Part shown: positions 1 to 10,407 of the stretch, in pieces
Layout: each line of letters starts with the position of its first letter
Position numbering within the stretch: position 1 is the first letter of the stretch
IMG/VR virus record: IMGVR_UViG_3300047478_000286
Location: 1 to 56,124 of that record
DNA from: a virus
Lineage: Duplodnaviria > Caudoviricetes
Strand: one strand, 5' to 3'
Length of the DNA: 56,124 nt
Notes under the pieces: model-generated
What the model was told of the DNA's origin: nothing
Databases searched by the model: none
Seen by the model: only the letters and a program-made list of their open reading frames with translations
Translations under genes and position numbers: made by a program

Positions 1-717
1 CCAGGCAACCCTGGTGGAGCTGGCGTAACGCTGGTCGAACAAGCGCCTGTAATTGCAGTAGGCGCAAGTGGGGCAGGAGCAGTTCCAACAAGGTCTACGT
101 CAGGAATGGGTTGTTTGCCATTACAAACAGTTGCCGGAACACCAAAATACTATATAACAAGAGTTTTCTCAGGCAACACTGTTGGTTGCAGACATAAGCT
201 TTATGACCGCTTGTGGCACGCTAATGTTGCCACATCATCACTTGGAACTGTAACAATAGCCTCACCGCCAAGTTACGCAGCAAGACTTCCTGGGTCTAAC
301 TATGCCGGTTTAGAATTATTTTTAGAAGTGACCACAGCAATTGCAGCGGCAACAACTATCACAATTACTTATACCAACCAAGACGGCGTAACTGGTAGAA
401 CTGCGATTGCCACACCTTCTCTTACAGGTTTCACAATCGGAAGGCATGTTTATATTGGCTTGCAAGAAGACGATACCGGAATACAAGCTATAGAATCAAT
501 TGTTGTTGGTGGAACTGCTGGCGCTGGCGCTATTAACGTTTGCGTTGTTAGGCCGCTTTGGTTTGGAAAATGCTCAACAAACTCCGGTGAGATACAGCCA
601 TTTGATAGAACTGGGATGCCAGTAGTCTTTCCAACAAGCTGCATTCAACTAGAGGTAACAGCAGACAGCACGAGCTCTGGGCTGCCAACTATGTTCGTCG
701 AAGTGGCGGCACTCTAA
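1..717 (+). CDS. Putative virion/tail-associated beta-rich protein, 5'-truncated; paralog of 717..1562
   Basis: Frame of the 106..717 ORF is open back to base 1. Shares TITxTYTNQDGVTGRTA and GLQEDDTGxQAIExIVxGGT with the next ORF. Confidence 0.6.
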   Translation, partial: PGNPGGAGVTLVEQAPVIAVGASGAGAVPTRSTSGMGCLPLQTVAGTPKYYITRVFSGNTVGCRHKLYDRLWHANVATSSLGTVTIASPPSYAARLPGSNYAGLELFLEVTTAIAAATTITITYTNQDGVTGRTAIATPSLTGFTIGRHVYIGLQEDDTGIQAIESIVVGGTAGAGAINVCVVRPLWFGKCSTNSGEIQPFDRTGMPVVFPTSCIQLEVTADSTSSGLPTMFVEVAAL

Positions 718-1562
718 TGTCTTTTACAACCTGGGCGCAGCTTACAAGTAAAGGCGCAATAGCATGTAATATACACAAAACCAACACGGTTGGTGGTGTA
801 ACCGCGTCTTCATGGGTATCTACAGCAACAGCAGCAGGTAACCCCCCAGCCCCACCTGGTAGCGGTAGCGCTGCAATACCAGGCGGCACAGTCACAGGGG
901 CTATTCCACAAAAAGGAAGTGGAACAATTAATTTCCCAAACCCAAAGATTAATGAGAACCCATATATAGTTGAGGCAAGTATAGCAAACTCATTAGGGAT
1001 AGCTTCCGGCGACAATGGCATGATACACATGCTTTACGATAAGCTTTGGCACACAACCATTGCACCATTTAATGCGCTGGGAACAATTACAGTGTCGGGA
1101 GCACCGAGCTACTCGGATAGAGTCGGTGGCGATTTTTCTGGAACGTTGATAATACTAGAGTCAACGGGAACAACTTCCGCTACGGCTACAACAATTACAG
1201 TCACATATACGAATCAAGATGGCGTAACCGGCAGAACCGCAATGGTAAGCCCAAGTCTTGCAACAACGCAGACTGGAAAGTGGATTATATTGGGCTTACA
1301 AGAAGACGATACTGGCGTTCAGGCAATAGAAACAATCGTTATTGGCGGAACTGTGCCAACAAACGGCGGTATGAACGTTGCGGTCGTAAAGCCAAAAATG
1401 TTTGGTGTTTGCAGAGAAAGCTCAAGCGCAAGATATGACGTTTTGGGTTACGAAAGCTGCAACACAAAATTAATTGGAGAAGAAGCTTTATTCGTAGCGA
1501 CCCTTTGCAACGGCACAAGCACTGGTCTTCTAAACGCTCAATTTAATTTAGTTTACGGTTAA
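717..1562 (+). CDS. Putative virion/tail-associated protein (paralog of upstream gene)
   Basis: 281-aa G/T/S-rich ORF with TAATG overlap. The structural role is inferred. Confidence 0.6.
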   Translation: MSFTTWAQLTSKGAIACNIHKTNTVGGVTASSWVSTATAAGNPPAPPGSGSAAIPGGTVTGAIPQKGSGTINFPNPKINENPYIVEASIANSLGIASGDNGMIHMLYDKLWHTTIAPFNALGTITVSGAPSYSDRVGGDFSGTLIILESTGTTSATATTITVTYTNQDGVTGRTAMVSPSLATTQTGKWIILGLQEDDTGVQAIETIVIGGTVPTNGGMNVAVVKPKMFGVCRESSSARYDVLGYESCNTKLIGEEALFVATLCNGTSTGLLNAQFNLVYG

Positions 1563-1565
1563 GAA

Positions 1566-3215
1566 ATGTCACTGAGGATAAATAATAGAGCCTCAAGACA
1601 AAATACACTTGCTGGGTATATAAAAGCAGGTGCGAACACAGATGCCCAAAAAACAGTATTAAGCAAAGTATTTACCCCCGTTTCTGCTGTAGGTGTCACG
1701 CTAGAAGCGCAGTCCTCAACAGTAAGCAGCACAAGCGCAACGGCGAATGCGCAAATACGCTTAAATTCAACGCCCACAGCTTTAAATCAAACTAACTTAA
1801 CGCTCACTACTGGGTTAAATTTAAACGCAGCTAGCGCGACTGTATCAAGCTCAAATTCTGGCTTAACAACGTCAATAAGGCTAACCAGCTCAACAGCGGC
1901 TGAAAGCTCTAGTTTGGCGAATTTATCAGTAGCTGGCGGCCTTTCGTTTGAAGCAATAAGCGCAACAGTAAGCACAGCGACGACGGATTTATTTACCGCA
2001 ATTCAGCTTTCTGGCGACTCGTCCGCCACAAGTCAGACAACAATAACTAACCTAAACACTCAAATATTATTAAATATAAGAGAGCAAAGCGGTGACACGG
2101 GTTTTGTAAAGCCAAACTCAATAGAAGTGGGAACAACTGGCGTTGCTTTTTCAACAAGCGCAAACAATGTTCTCGAAGAAGATGGTGTGACGGCAGATGT
2201 GACGCTTAATAACGGCGGAAGGTCAAGACACATCAAATTTCCGCTAAGAGACCTTGCTATACCGAAAGGCTCAAAGATTACCGGCTTAGAGCTTAGCGTC
2301 TTCTGGGGCTCAACAAATAGCACAAGTGCTGGCAGCATGATTAACACCTCAATCATGAATGCCACAGTTGGCTCTAGCACTGTAAATGGCGCAACGTTTA
2401 TTTTTGGCTCAACAACTACCGGCGTATTTGAAGAACAAAGCACTGGACTAATTACCCCAAATGACCCAGGTAAATACAACTACCCAGGTGAATTAACAAG
2501 TGACGTAGCAACCGACAAAGCTATTTCGGTATATGTAACCAACTCTAGCGGCGTAAGTTTTAGAGTTTATAAGATTGACAATATCAAAGTCAGAGCAACT
2601 TATGAAAATTCTGGGCAGCAAAGTCAGTCTAACCTTTTAACAGCTATAACATTTGCCGCAAACTCTGTTGCTGAGAGCTTAACGACCGCTGAAATACTTG
2701 TTCCAAGCCAGCAAGAGTTGTCCGTAACTTCGGGCGCAACAAGCTCCACAAATGCCAACGTCAGCACAGATATAACATTACAAGCAAATACCAATGCTGT
2801 TAGCTCAAGCTCTTCAAGCGTCCAAACGCAAATACTACTTGGCGGGTTGCAAACCTCTGCTTTAGCAACAACTTCGCCAACATTGACGAGTGCGATAAGA
2901 TTAGTCGCATCAAGCGCGGCAACCAACTCTTCGGCAGCAAGCGCGCAAACCGGGATTAGTTTAAACTCCGCAACTGGTATAGTTAATGCTACAAGTTCTA
3001 ATCTAAGCACCGGAATATTGCTAAATGCGCAAGGTCAAAGCTTGCAAACGAATTTAACAGTGGCGGGTCTTTTCACAAGACAATCCATAAACTTTACAAA
3101 CGGTTTTGTGGTGTTCCCCGACAACACAAGCTACCCAATTACATTCCAAGAATATAGCAACATACTTGTTAACAGTGGCGATTATGCAAAAATAATCGTA
3201 GAAGGTCGTCTATGA
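1566..3215 (+). CDS. Ser/Thr/Ala-rich repetitive protein, putative tail fibre/structural
   Basis: 549 aa with a recurring xxTxIxL motif about every 21-23 aa flanking a central domain. Confidence 0.55.
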   Translation: MSLRINNRASRQNTLAGYIKAGANTDAQKTVLSKVFTPVSAVGVTLEAQSSTVSSTSATANAQIRLNSTPTALNQTNLTLTTGLNLNAASATVSSSNSGLTTSIRLTSSTAAESSSLANLSVAGGLSFEAISATVSTATTDLFTAIQLSGDSSATSQTTITNLNTQILLNIREQSGDTGFVKPNSIEVGTTGVAFSTSANNVLEEDGVTADVTLNNGGRSRHIKFPLRDLAIPKGSKITGLELSVFWGSTNSTSAGSMINTSIMNATVGSSTVNGATFIFGSTTTGVFEEQSTGLITPNDPGKYNYPGELTSDVATDKAISVYVTNSSGVSFRVYKIDNIKVRATYENSGQQSQSNLLTAITFAANSVAESLTTAEILVPSQQELSVTSGATSSTNANVSTDITLQANTNAVSSSSSSVQTQILLGGLQTSALATTSPTLTSAIRLVASSAATNSSAASAQTGISLNSATGIVNATSSNLSTGILLNAQGQSLQTNLTVAGLFTRQSINFTNGFVVFPDNTSYPITFQEYSNILVNSGDYAKIIVEGRL

Positions 3216-3295
3216 TGTGTATGTCAAAAGACACTTAGGGTTGGTCAAGTATGCCTTGTTTAATAGTTTTTTAATTAATCTGCAAGGAAATAACC

Positions 3296-4045
3296 GTGAG
3301 AACTCGACGCAAATATGAAAACCAAAACCCAATAACAAAATCAGAAAGAAGAGAGGCGAAGAGGAACGGAAAAAGAAACGCCCAAAATCTTACGGTAGTC
3401 CCAATACTCGGTTATGAGCAAGAAATAGAACCAATTCAAGCGCTTAACGAGGCTCAACAAGAATACATTAATTCAATAAAAGAAAACATCATCACGTTTG
3501 GCATAGGCCCGGCCGGAACCGGAAAAAGTTATGTTGCCGCATGTTCCGCCTATGACATGTATAAATCTAAAAAAATAAAAAGAATTATAGTTAGTAGACC
3601 TGTTGTTGAAATGGGTGAAAAGCTTGGATTCCTACCAGGCGAGTTGGAAGATAAATTTGCACCATATCTTGAGCCAATTAAAGCTATTCTTTATGACAGA
3701 ATAGGAAAAGGTGAAACCGACTATATGATTAAAAACAAAAAGATAGTTGCGATGCCATTAGCATACATAAGAGGTATGTCTCTCAAAGAGTCATTTGTTA
3801 TGCTGGATGAGGCTCAAAACTGTTCTGTCGTTCAAATAAAAACATTCCTAACAAGAATCGGCAACGATTGCAAAGTAGTGATTGACGGTGACCTAGACCA
3901 GAAAGATATTGCGGGTCAGTCCGGATTAGGTTGGGCGATAGATAAGTTAAAAGATGTAAAGAAAATTAACACCGTAGAATTTGAAATAGATGATATTGTC
4001 CGCTCAGGTATCTGTAGAGATATTGTAAGAGCATTCTCAAAGTAA
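3296..4045 (+). CDS. phoH: PhoH family ATPase
   Basis: GPAGTGKS Walker A, LGFLPG, RGMSL, LDEAQN, GDLDQKD, DIVRSG. Confidence 0.95.
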   Translation: MRTRRKYENQNPITKSERREAKRNGKRNAQNLTVVPILGYEQEIEPIQALNEAQQEYINSIKENIITFGIGPAGTGKSYVAACSAYDMYKSKKIKRIIVSRPVVEMGEKLGFLPGELEDKFAPYLEPIKAILYDRIGKGETDYMIKNKKIVAMPLAYIRGMSLKESFVMLDEAQNCSVVQIKTFLTRIGNDCKVVIDGDLDQKDIAGQSGLGWAIDKLKDVKKINTVEFEIDDIVRSGICRDIVRAFSK

Positions 4046-4052
4046 CACAAAC

Positions 4053-4079
4053 ATGGCGGGGTTTTTGCTCCGCCATTTT
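4053..4079 (+). terminator. Rho-independent terminator
   Basis: ATGGCGGGGT/GCTCCGCCAT stem plus T run after phoH. Confidence 0.7.
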
Positions 4080-4211
4080 CTATTTATTTATGCTACAAAA
4101 AACAAGCTTAGATAAACTCCGCAAGCTATTGATTTAATATAGTGAAATAGAAGAATGCGGCCAACTCTTTGCGTTCTATTATTTATAAGCATTTAAAAAT
4201 AAATTTAAGTA

Positions 4212-4229
4212 TAAGTAAAAACTGACTTA
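4212..4229. promoter_or_regulatory. 18-bp palindromic operator-like site overlapping a TATAAT
   Basis: TAAGTAAAAACTGACTTA; TATAAT at 4228-4233. Confidence 0.75.
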
Positions 4230-4264
4230 TAATTGCGTCTTCTTATTCTTATTGAGTTAAGCAA

Positions 4265-4981
4265 ATGTTGGTAGAAGAGTATTACGGTAGTGACTTTGAT
4301 ATACTGGATTTCGAAAAATTAGCGGTAAATACTTTCGACGAAGATGTGCTACAGAAAGAGCTGGGTCTTTTTAAAACAAAATGGTTTTCATACAGACATC
4401 TACACCCTACAAATGCCACGTATCTATACGGGCATCATTACTTAGCTGAATTTAGAAAAACATACAGGAAGTGTTTCGACAACAATCGAGGCAAATATAT
4501 ACACTGGGCTAAAGGCGGCAGTGTAAACAAGAAAGTGGACCCAATAAAAGCATCACAAGGAATTGGAATTTGGAAAGGGAGACAAGCAGCTGACTCTATT
4601 GGCGCTCCATACGACTTCTACATCCGGTCTGCGTTTGATGTTCTTATAGAAGAAAATATATGGAAGCACATACCAAGACCTGTTCACTTCTACTCAGAAG
4701 AGCTGAAAGAAATTATTGCCATGATGTGGCAAGAAACACTAGACGCGGACATAAAAGAGCCGCAAATTTCGCATTTAAGCGACGATAATATTTTTGCGCA
4801 GAATCTCAAGCTGGAGATTGGTTTTTGGCTCTGTGAGCGCATAAAGCGGAAATTAAACCCAATTTACGCTCTAGCTAACTTTATTTTTGAAAGACAGCTC
4901 ATAACCGAGCAGCAAGCGTTACAATTCTTTAATCAAGACGACATTACGAAAGCGTATAAATTCTTTTTGAATAATAAGTAA
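4265..4981 (+). CDS. Hypothetical protein heading the replication operon
   Basis: 238-aa ORF behind operator/-10. Confidence 0.8.
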   Translation: MLVEEYYGSDFDILDFEKLAVNTFDEDVLQKELGLFKTKWFSYRHLHPTNATYLYGHHYLAEFRKTYRKCFDNNRGKYIHWAKGGSVNKKVDPIKASQGIGIWKGRQAADSIGAPYDFYIRSAFDVLIEENIWKHIPRPVHFYSEELKEIIAMMWQETLDADIKEPQISHLSDDNIFAQNLKLEIGFWLCERIKRKLNPIYALANFIFERQLITEQQALQFFNQDDITKAYKFFLNNK

Positions 4982-4992
4982 TAGCTAACTTA
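4975..4992. promoter_or_regulatory. 18-bp palindromic operator-like site
   Basis: TAAGTAATAGCTAACTTA, contains the upstream stop codon. Confidence 0.7.
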
Positions 4993-5023
4993 ATAATTTT
5001 TATATTTCTCATATAGGTAAATC

Positions 5024-5347
5024 ATGAACAAACCAACATTAAAATTAAACAATGAGCCAAAACTACCACACGAAGTTGAGCGTGAAAAGCAAGCCCAACA
5101 CGCGAAAGTGTTTGAGCGTAAAGTTAAGCAGCCTCAGACAATCACGGGTCACGAAGTTGCGTTAGCGAAAATGGTCAAAGAACGCAGAAGAATCAAGGTG
5201 ACATTTGTGAACTGTGAGTCAGTCGAAGGCGAGCTTTTAGAATTCGACAAATTCTCAATCAGAGTTGCTCTTGATTCTGGCATCTGTGAGTGGTTCTTTA
5301 AAAGCAACTTGAAGTCATTCTCAGAGGTAGGAAAGAATGTCAGATAA
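5024..5347 (+). CDS. Hfq/LSm-fold protein
   Basis: IKVTFVNCESVEGELLEFDKFSIRV resembles Hfq Sm1; WFFKSNL resembles Sm2 MVYKHAI. Confidence 0.65.
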   Translation: MNKPTLKLNNEPKLPHEVEREKQAQHAKVFERKVKQPQTITGHEVALAKMVKERRRIKVTFVNCESVEGELLEFDKFSIRVALDSGICEWFFKSNLKSFSEVGKNVR

Positions 5348-6665
5348 GTTTGTGTCTTTTGATGAAGAATTCCAAACTAAAATAGCGGCGCTTATCCTTC
5401 GGGATAGCGTCTTTAACAGGAGAGTTGACGGGCTGATAGAGCCCTCTTATTTCGAAAACGGCGGACACGCAATAATTGTTAATTGTGTTTTAAGGTATTT
5501 CCAAAAATACGATACTGTTCCAGCTGTCGCCGTTTTGCAGCAGTTAATTAAAGAAGACAAGGCTGCAAAGATAATCAGGGAAGAAATGATTCCAGAAATA
5601 AAGGAATCAATAGTGGCACTTCTAAAAGAAGACATCACGGACGGTAAATATGTAGCAGATAAAGTTGCTGAATTCGCAAGACATAAGGCAATGGAAGACG
5701 CTGGCATTAAATACGCAGAGCTTGTGGAAAAGGGAGACCTAGACAAAGCTGCTAACGTAATTGAAAAAGCTTCTAACGTTGGGACGACTGAGGGTCAAAA
5801 AACTTACGACCTGTTCGGCGACGATGAGCTGGAAGATAGAGAACGGGTAAGAAACGAAAAGGTAGCGGGAATATCAAAACGAAAGGCAATATCAACCGGC
5901 ATAAGAGCATTAGATAACGCACTATTTCATGGCGGCTGGTATAGAGGCGAGTTTTATGTTTTTATGGGCCCTCCAAAATCTGGAAAGTCCTTCTGTTTGG
6001 CATGGTTTTCTCAGATTGGCGCTCTTTTGGGTTTTAATGTTCTTTTTATTACACTGGAAGTCTCAAGAGAGATAACCTGTGAAAGAATGGACGCAGCAAT
6101 AACTGGCATACCAATCAAAGAGTTAAAGACAAGAACAATTGAAGCGAAAGAGAAAATAAAACTTGCCGTTTCGTCAAGAGGCAAGGTTGGAAAGCTGGTG
6201 GTCGAAGAGTATCCAACCGGAACATTTAGACCAAAAGACCTAAAACGCTCTTTAGAAAAACACAGAGCGAACGGTATTGTTTTCGACATGGTTGTTGTTG
6301 ATTACTGCGACATTATGGCATCCAATTTAAAACAGACCGATAACATAGAAAGGTCAAAATCTATATATGTAGATATGCGAGCCATATCTCAAATTGAAGA
6401 TGTCGCCTTAATATCTGCAATGCAAACAAACAGAGACGGGGCAAAAGCAACAACAGCAAAAGCAGAACATGCCGCCGAAGACTTTAACAAAATAAGGATT
6501 CCAGATTTGGTTATTTCCATCAACGCAACAGAGACAGAAAAGGCAAACAAAGAAGCTAGACTACATTTCGCAGCTTCGAGAAACCAAGAAGGCGGCTTTT
6601 CTGTGCATATAAATCAAGACTTAGAAAGGGCCTGTTTTATTAAATCTGTAATAAAGGTAGAGTGA
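5337..6665 (+). CDS. dnaB: DnaB-like replicative helicase
   Basis: GPPKSGKS, FITLEVS, VVVDYCD, SAMQTNR. Confidence 0.9.
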   Translation: MSDKFVSFDEEFQTKIAALILRDSVFNRRVDGLIEPSYFENGGHAIIVNCVLRYFQKYDTVPAVAVLQQLIKEDKAAKIIREEMIPEIKESIVALLKEDITDGKYVADKVAEFARHKAMEDAGIKYAELVEKGDLDKAANVIEKASNVGTTEGQKTYDLFGDDELEDRERVRNEKVAGISKRKAISTGIRALDNALFHGGWYRGEFYVFMGPPKSGKSFCLAWFSQIGALLGFNVLFITLEVSREITCERMDAAITGIPIKELKTRTIEAKEKIKLAVSSRGKVGKLVVEEYPTGTFRPKDLKRSLEKHRANGIVFDMVVVDYCDIMASNLKQTDNIERSKSIYVDMRAISQIEDVALISAMQTNRDGAKATTAKAEHAAEDFNKIRIPDLVISINATETEKANKEARLHFAASRNQEGGFSVHINQDLERACFIKSVIKVE

Positions 6666-6668
6666 GGA

Positions 6669-6686
6669 TAAGTAACACATGACTTA
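6669..6686. promoter_or_regulatory. 18-bp palindromic operator-like site
   Basis: TAAGTAACACATGACTTA, covers the primase ATG. Confidence 0.75.
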
Positions 6687-7770
6687 TGAAGCTGACAGCA
6701 TAGGTGACTTGATGGAAAACTTCGATATGGAGGCTTACTTGGATTGGCAAGGGTTGACATATCGACGCACAAGAGGGTCAAGTGGGAATCAGTTAAATTT
6801 AAAAACTTGCCCCTTTTGTGGCGGAAGCAAATGGAAAGTTTATATAGGCACAGACGAGGGGCATACTGCTGGAAACTGCAACTCCGGCTCATGTGGTGTT
6901 CGTTTTGGATACTGGTCTTTCGTTAGAGCAAATCTTGGCGACGTCGCAACTACAGAAGTTGCTAGACACATAAAGCAGTTTGTTTCCGGCTTGGGCTGGA
7001 AGCCTAAAGAAAAGATAAAAATATCAGTCGTAGAAAATGGTGACTTGGTAATGCCAGATTCCGTTTCGATACCTCACAACGGCAGTAATGCAAAGTATTT
7101 AGCAAAGCGGGGTATCACATCAGAAACGGCAAGTTATTTCAATCTGAGATATTGCACAAGTGGTGGTTTTAGATACGAACTTAATGGCAAAAAGTTAATT
7201 CAAGACTACTCAAGCAGAATTATCATACCTATATATGACCTTGATGGTGTTCTTGTGTCTTTTCAAGGGAGGGATGTTACTGGAGAGCATGACAAAAAGG
7301 TTCTTTTCCCACCGGGGTTTGCTTCGACCGGTAAATATTTCCTCAACGCACACAATGCTCATTTTTCAAGCGAGGTTGTTATTGGAGAGGGTGCTTTTGA
7401 TGCCATGTCGCTAAAGCAAGCTTTGGAAATGGACTCAAGGTTTGCTTCGGTTGTTGCTTTGGCATCGTTTGGAAAGAATATATCAATGGGTAATGAAAAC
7501 GACCAGTTGACGCAACTTTTCCAATTAAAAGCCAAGCGACTGAAAAAGATTACGATATTCTGGGACGGCGAAAGAAAAGCTACAAAAGCAGCGGTCGATG
7601 CGGCTCTAAAACTAAAATCTTTTGGCTTTAAAGTTAATGTTGTTTTGCCACCAAAAGACCTTGACCCAAATGAAATGACACCAGAGCAAATATGCTACCA
7701 CTATGCGAATTCGGTAGAAGTAACTAAAGCATCAGCTTTGAGCATTTTAACCAAGTTGAGCCAATACTAA
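6679..7770 (+). CDS. dnaG: DNA primase (Zn finger + TOPRIM)
   Basis: CPFC...CNSGSC; IIIPIYD..G.LVSFQGR; EGAFDA; WDGE; DPNE. Confidence 0.88.
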   Translation: MTYEADSIGDLMENFDMEAYLDWQGLTYRRTRGSSGNQLNLKTCPFCGGSKWKVYIGTDEGHTAGNCNSGSCGVRFGYWSFVRANLGDVATTEVARHIKQFVSGLGWKPKEKIKISVVENGDLVMPDSVSIPHNGSNAKYLAKRGITSETASYFNLRYCTSGGFRYELNGKKLIQDYSSRIIIPIYDLDGVLVSFQGRDVTGEHDKKVLFPPGFASTGKYFLNAHNAHFSSEVVIGEGAFDAMSLKQALEMDSRFASVVALASFGKNISMGNENDQLTQLFQLKAKRLKKITIFWDGERKATKAAVDAALKLKSFGFKVNVVLPPKDLDPNEMTPEQICYHYANSVEVTKASALSILTKLSQY

Positions 7771-7819
7771 TTGATTAATATAACAATACATTAATTCTTT
7801 AAATTCTTATTCAAAAATT

Positions 7820-8416
7820 ATGAGCGACGTTAACAAAAGCATCGGTGGTCAAAATCGTTATACATTCACATGCGATTATGTGGAGCAAAAAAGATATTAC
7901 GGGGTCTGTCTTTGGCTTATGAAGTCATTTGAAGAAGGTAAGTTACAATTTGACGAAAGACGAGAGGATTGTGGCACAGCAATGAAATGCGCAAAGTGTC
8001 CGGCTATGAAAATGAGAGCCGAAGAAATCGCAGCAGACAAAGCGATTTATTACACAGACCCAGAGAATCCGCCAGCGCCATCCACTTCAAAAGTTGACAA
8101 AACAAGCCCCTCTTATATTAGAGGCTGGAATCAAGTCGGCTCTTCCATAGGCAGAGAAGATTCAAATATAAAACAAACAATACCAACAAAGGTAGCAGCG
8201 AAGCCGCAACCAAAACAAGCACAAGCTGGTGTTTTAAATGCAGATGTTGGGGCATTAATATCGGCAGAGCTTAAAAAAGAAAAATTAAGAAGCGAAGCTA
8301 TTCAGGAGTTAAAAAGGCTGCGAGACGAAATACAAGAAGTTATGAAAACAAACCCTACCAAAGCTAGAGAGCTATTGCTTAAAGCCAAAACAATCAAAGA
8401 CACATTAACGGCATAA
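7820..8416 (+). CDS. Hypothetical Cys-containing protein
   Basis: 198-aa ORF in operon. Confidence 0.75.
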   Translation: MSDVNKSIGGQNRYTFTCDYVEQKRYYGVCLWLMKSFEEGKLQFDERREDCGTAMKCAKCPAMKMRAEEIAADKAIYYTDPENPPAPSTSKVDKTSPSYIRGWNQVGSSIGREDSNIKQTIPTKVAAKPQPKQAQAGVLNADVGALISAELKKEKLRSEAIQELKRLRDEIQEVMKTNPTKARELLLKAKTIKDTLTA

Positions 8417-8418
8417 TT

Positions 8419-10287
8419 ATGACACCACAAGAACTATGTAACCAAATACTTTTGCTGTCAGAAGAAAAGGCACAAAAGACCGTTGAAAAGTTAAATGAGC
8501 GTTACCGTGCAGGTAACGCCTCAATGCCAGATAGGCTTTATGACGCTTTACTTTTAAAGTTGTCAGAAAAGTTTCCAGACAATGAAGTGTTCGGCGAGAG
8601 AATCGTTGAATCAGATATTGGTATATTTGGCTCAAAAACAGTTCCATTGCCAGCGCGTATGCTTTCAACACAAAAGGCGTATAAAAAAGAAGAGATTGAA
8701 AAGTGGGCTGATGGAATTATCACTGTCGGCAGGGAATTCGGCATACATGATGTCTTCTTTAAAGTTACACCAAAGTTAGATGGGTTCGCCGCATATCATC
8801 AAAAGGGAAAGTTATACACTCGCGGAGATGGTAGAAACGGGACTGACATCTCATGGGTAGTTAATAGATTGTGTGACCATATTCGAATTGACGGCCCGGG
8901 CGAAATTGTGGTTGAGAAAGAATACTTTGAGAAACATCTTTCTGGCAAATATGAAAATACTCGCAATGTGATTGCCAGCTTTATTAAAGAAGGTGAACTA
9001 GAGCCTGAAATACTTGATGCAGCTTTGTCTGGTGCTATCGTGTTCAAGCCCTTTTCCGAACTAAATGGTTGGGGCGCATTCACTTATGAAGAGCTGTTGA
9101 GCCAGTTAGAGTTGATTTGGGAAACCAATAACACTTATGGCAACTATGACACAGACGGTTTGGTTATAGAAGTAACTTCTGACGCAATAAAGGCAAAAGT
9201 AGGTCACACAAATCACCATCATCGTTGGCAGATTGCCTTTAAAAAGAATACTGAATTCCACGATATTGAAGTAACCGACCTCGTTTGGCAAACCAGCAAG
9301 AATGGGCGGCTGACTCCGGTAGTGCTACTTACCCCAACAAAAATCAGCGGCGTTACTATTTCTCGCGCCACAGGTCATCATTACGGTAACGTAAAGAACA
9401 ACATGATTGAGAGAGGTGCGGTTGTTCGTGTATGTCGCAGTGGGCTTGTAATACCGTATATTGAAAGAGTTATTACTCCGGCAAAGCTATTTGTTACTCC
9501 AGGCTTCTGTCCAAGCTGCGCAGCCGACACCGAAATAGACGGCGACAACCTGCTATGTTCAAACGACCCAATAAGTTGCCCAGCGCAAGTAGAAGGTATG
9601 ATTGAGTTCTTTTTTCAAACTTTGGGTAATATTGATGGTTTCGGGCCAAAAGTGATTGAGCAAATTTGCGAAAAGTCCGGGGCAAGTAGTTTGTCTCACA
9701 TATACTCATTTAAGTTAAGCGATTTGAAAAGATGCGGCTTTGGAGAAAAAACCGCTTTGAATTTGTTCCAAGAGTTGTCCGGTAGCTTAAGCAGACCAAT
9801 CGAAGACTGGCGCTTCCTTGCTGCCTTCTCAATCCATAATGTCGGAAAAGGCGGTTGTGAACGTTTACTTCAAAAGCACAAGCTAGAAGATGTATTCGGC
9901 TTAACAATCGAAGACATAAAGAAAATCGACGGCTTCTCGGACAAAAAGGCTGAAAGTTTAGTTAGGTCATTGAAGAATATTAAATCGGAATTTGACAAGC
10001 TTTATGAGCTAGGTTTTAACTTACAAGAAACGCCTAGAGGGGAAATTAAGAAATACACCAAAATATACGGCAAGCAAATCGTATTCACTGGAAGTATGCA
10101 AACCGGCTCTAGGGAAGAAATGAAGAAAAAAGCAAAAGAGCTTGGTGCGATAGTTGGCGAATCGGTGTCGTCTAAGACAAATTTCCTAGTATGTGGGGCG
10201 AATGTTGGAGCAAACAAGACTAGCGCAGCCGAAAAGCATGGTGTAATGGTATTGACTGAATCCGAATGGCTAGAGTTAATAGCTTAA
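8419..10287 (+). CDS. ligA: NAD-dependent DNA ligase
   Basis: KLDG, TRGDG, DGLVI, CPSC..C..C zinc finger, HhH, C-terminal BRCT. Confidence 0.95.
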   Translation: MTPQELCNQILLLSEEKAQKTVEKLNERYRAGNASMPDRLYDALLLKLSEKFPDNEVFGERIVESDIGIFGSKTVPLPARMLSTQKAYKKEEIEKWADGIITVGREFGIHDVFFKVTPKLDGFAAYHQKGKLYTRGDGRNGTDISWVVNRLCDHIRIDGPGEIVVEKEYFEKHLSGKYENTRNVIASFIKEGELEPEILDAALSGAIVFKPFSELNGWGAFTYEELLSQLELIWETNNTYGNYDTDGLVIEVTSDAIKAKVGHTNHHHRWQIAFKKNTEFHDIEVTDLVWQTSKNGRLTPVVLLTPTKISGVTISRATGHHYGNVKNNMIERGAVVRVCRSGLVIPYIERVITPAKLFVTPGFCPSCAADTEIDGDNLLCSNDPISCPAQVEGMIEFFFQTLGNIDGFGPKVIEQICEKSGASSLSHIYSFKLSDLKRCGFGEKTALNLFQELSGSLSRPIEDWRFLAAFSIHNVGKGGCERLLQKHKLEDVFGLTIEDIKKIDGFSDKKAESLVRSLKNIKSEFDKLYELGFNLQETPRGEIKKYTKIYGKQIVFTGSMQTGSREEMKKKAKELGAIVGESVSSKTNFLVCGANVGANKTSAAEKHGVMVLTESEWLELIA

Positions 10288-10407
10288 GTGCGGTCTAAAA
10301 AGGCTATCATTGATCGGGTGGATGATGAAGTGATAATTTTGTAGCCATAAAAGCCAACAATTATCACTTAATATATACACACTGATTAACAAAACAAACG
10401 TGAGCAA

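Noticed and set aside
4122-4134. IHF-like CAAGCTATTGATT upstream of the replication operon as an origin/att marker
   Set aside because: Single degenerate match in AT-rich DNA with no iterons or integrase nearby
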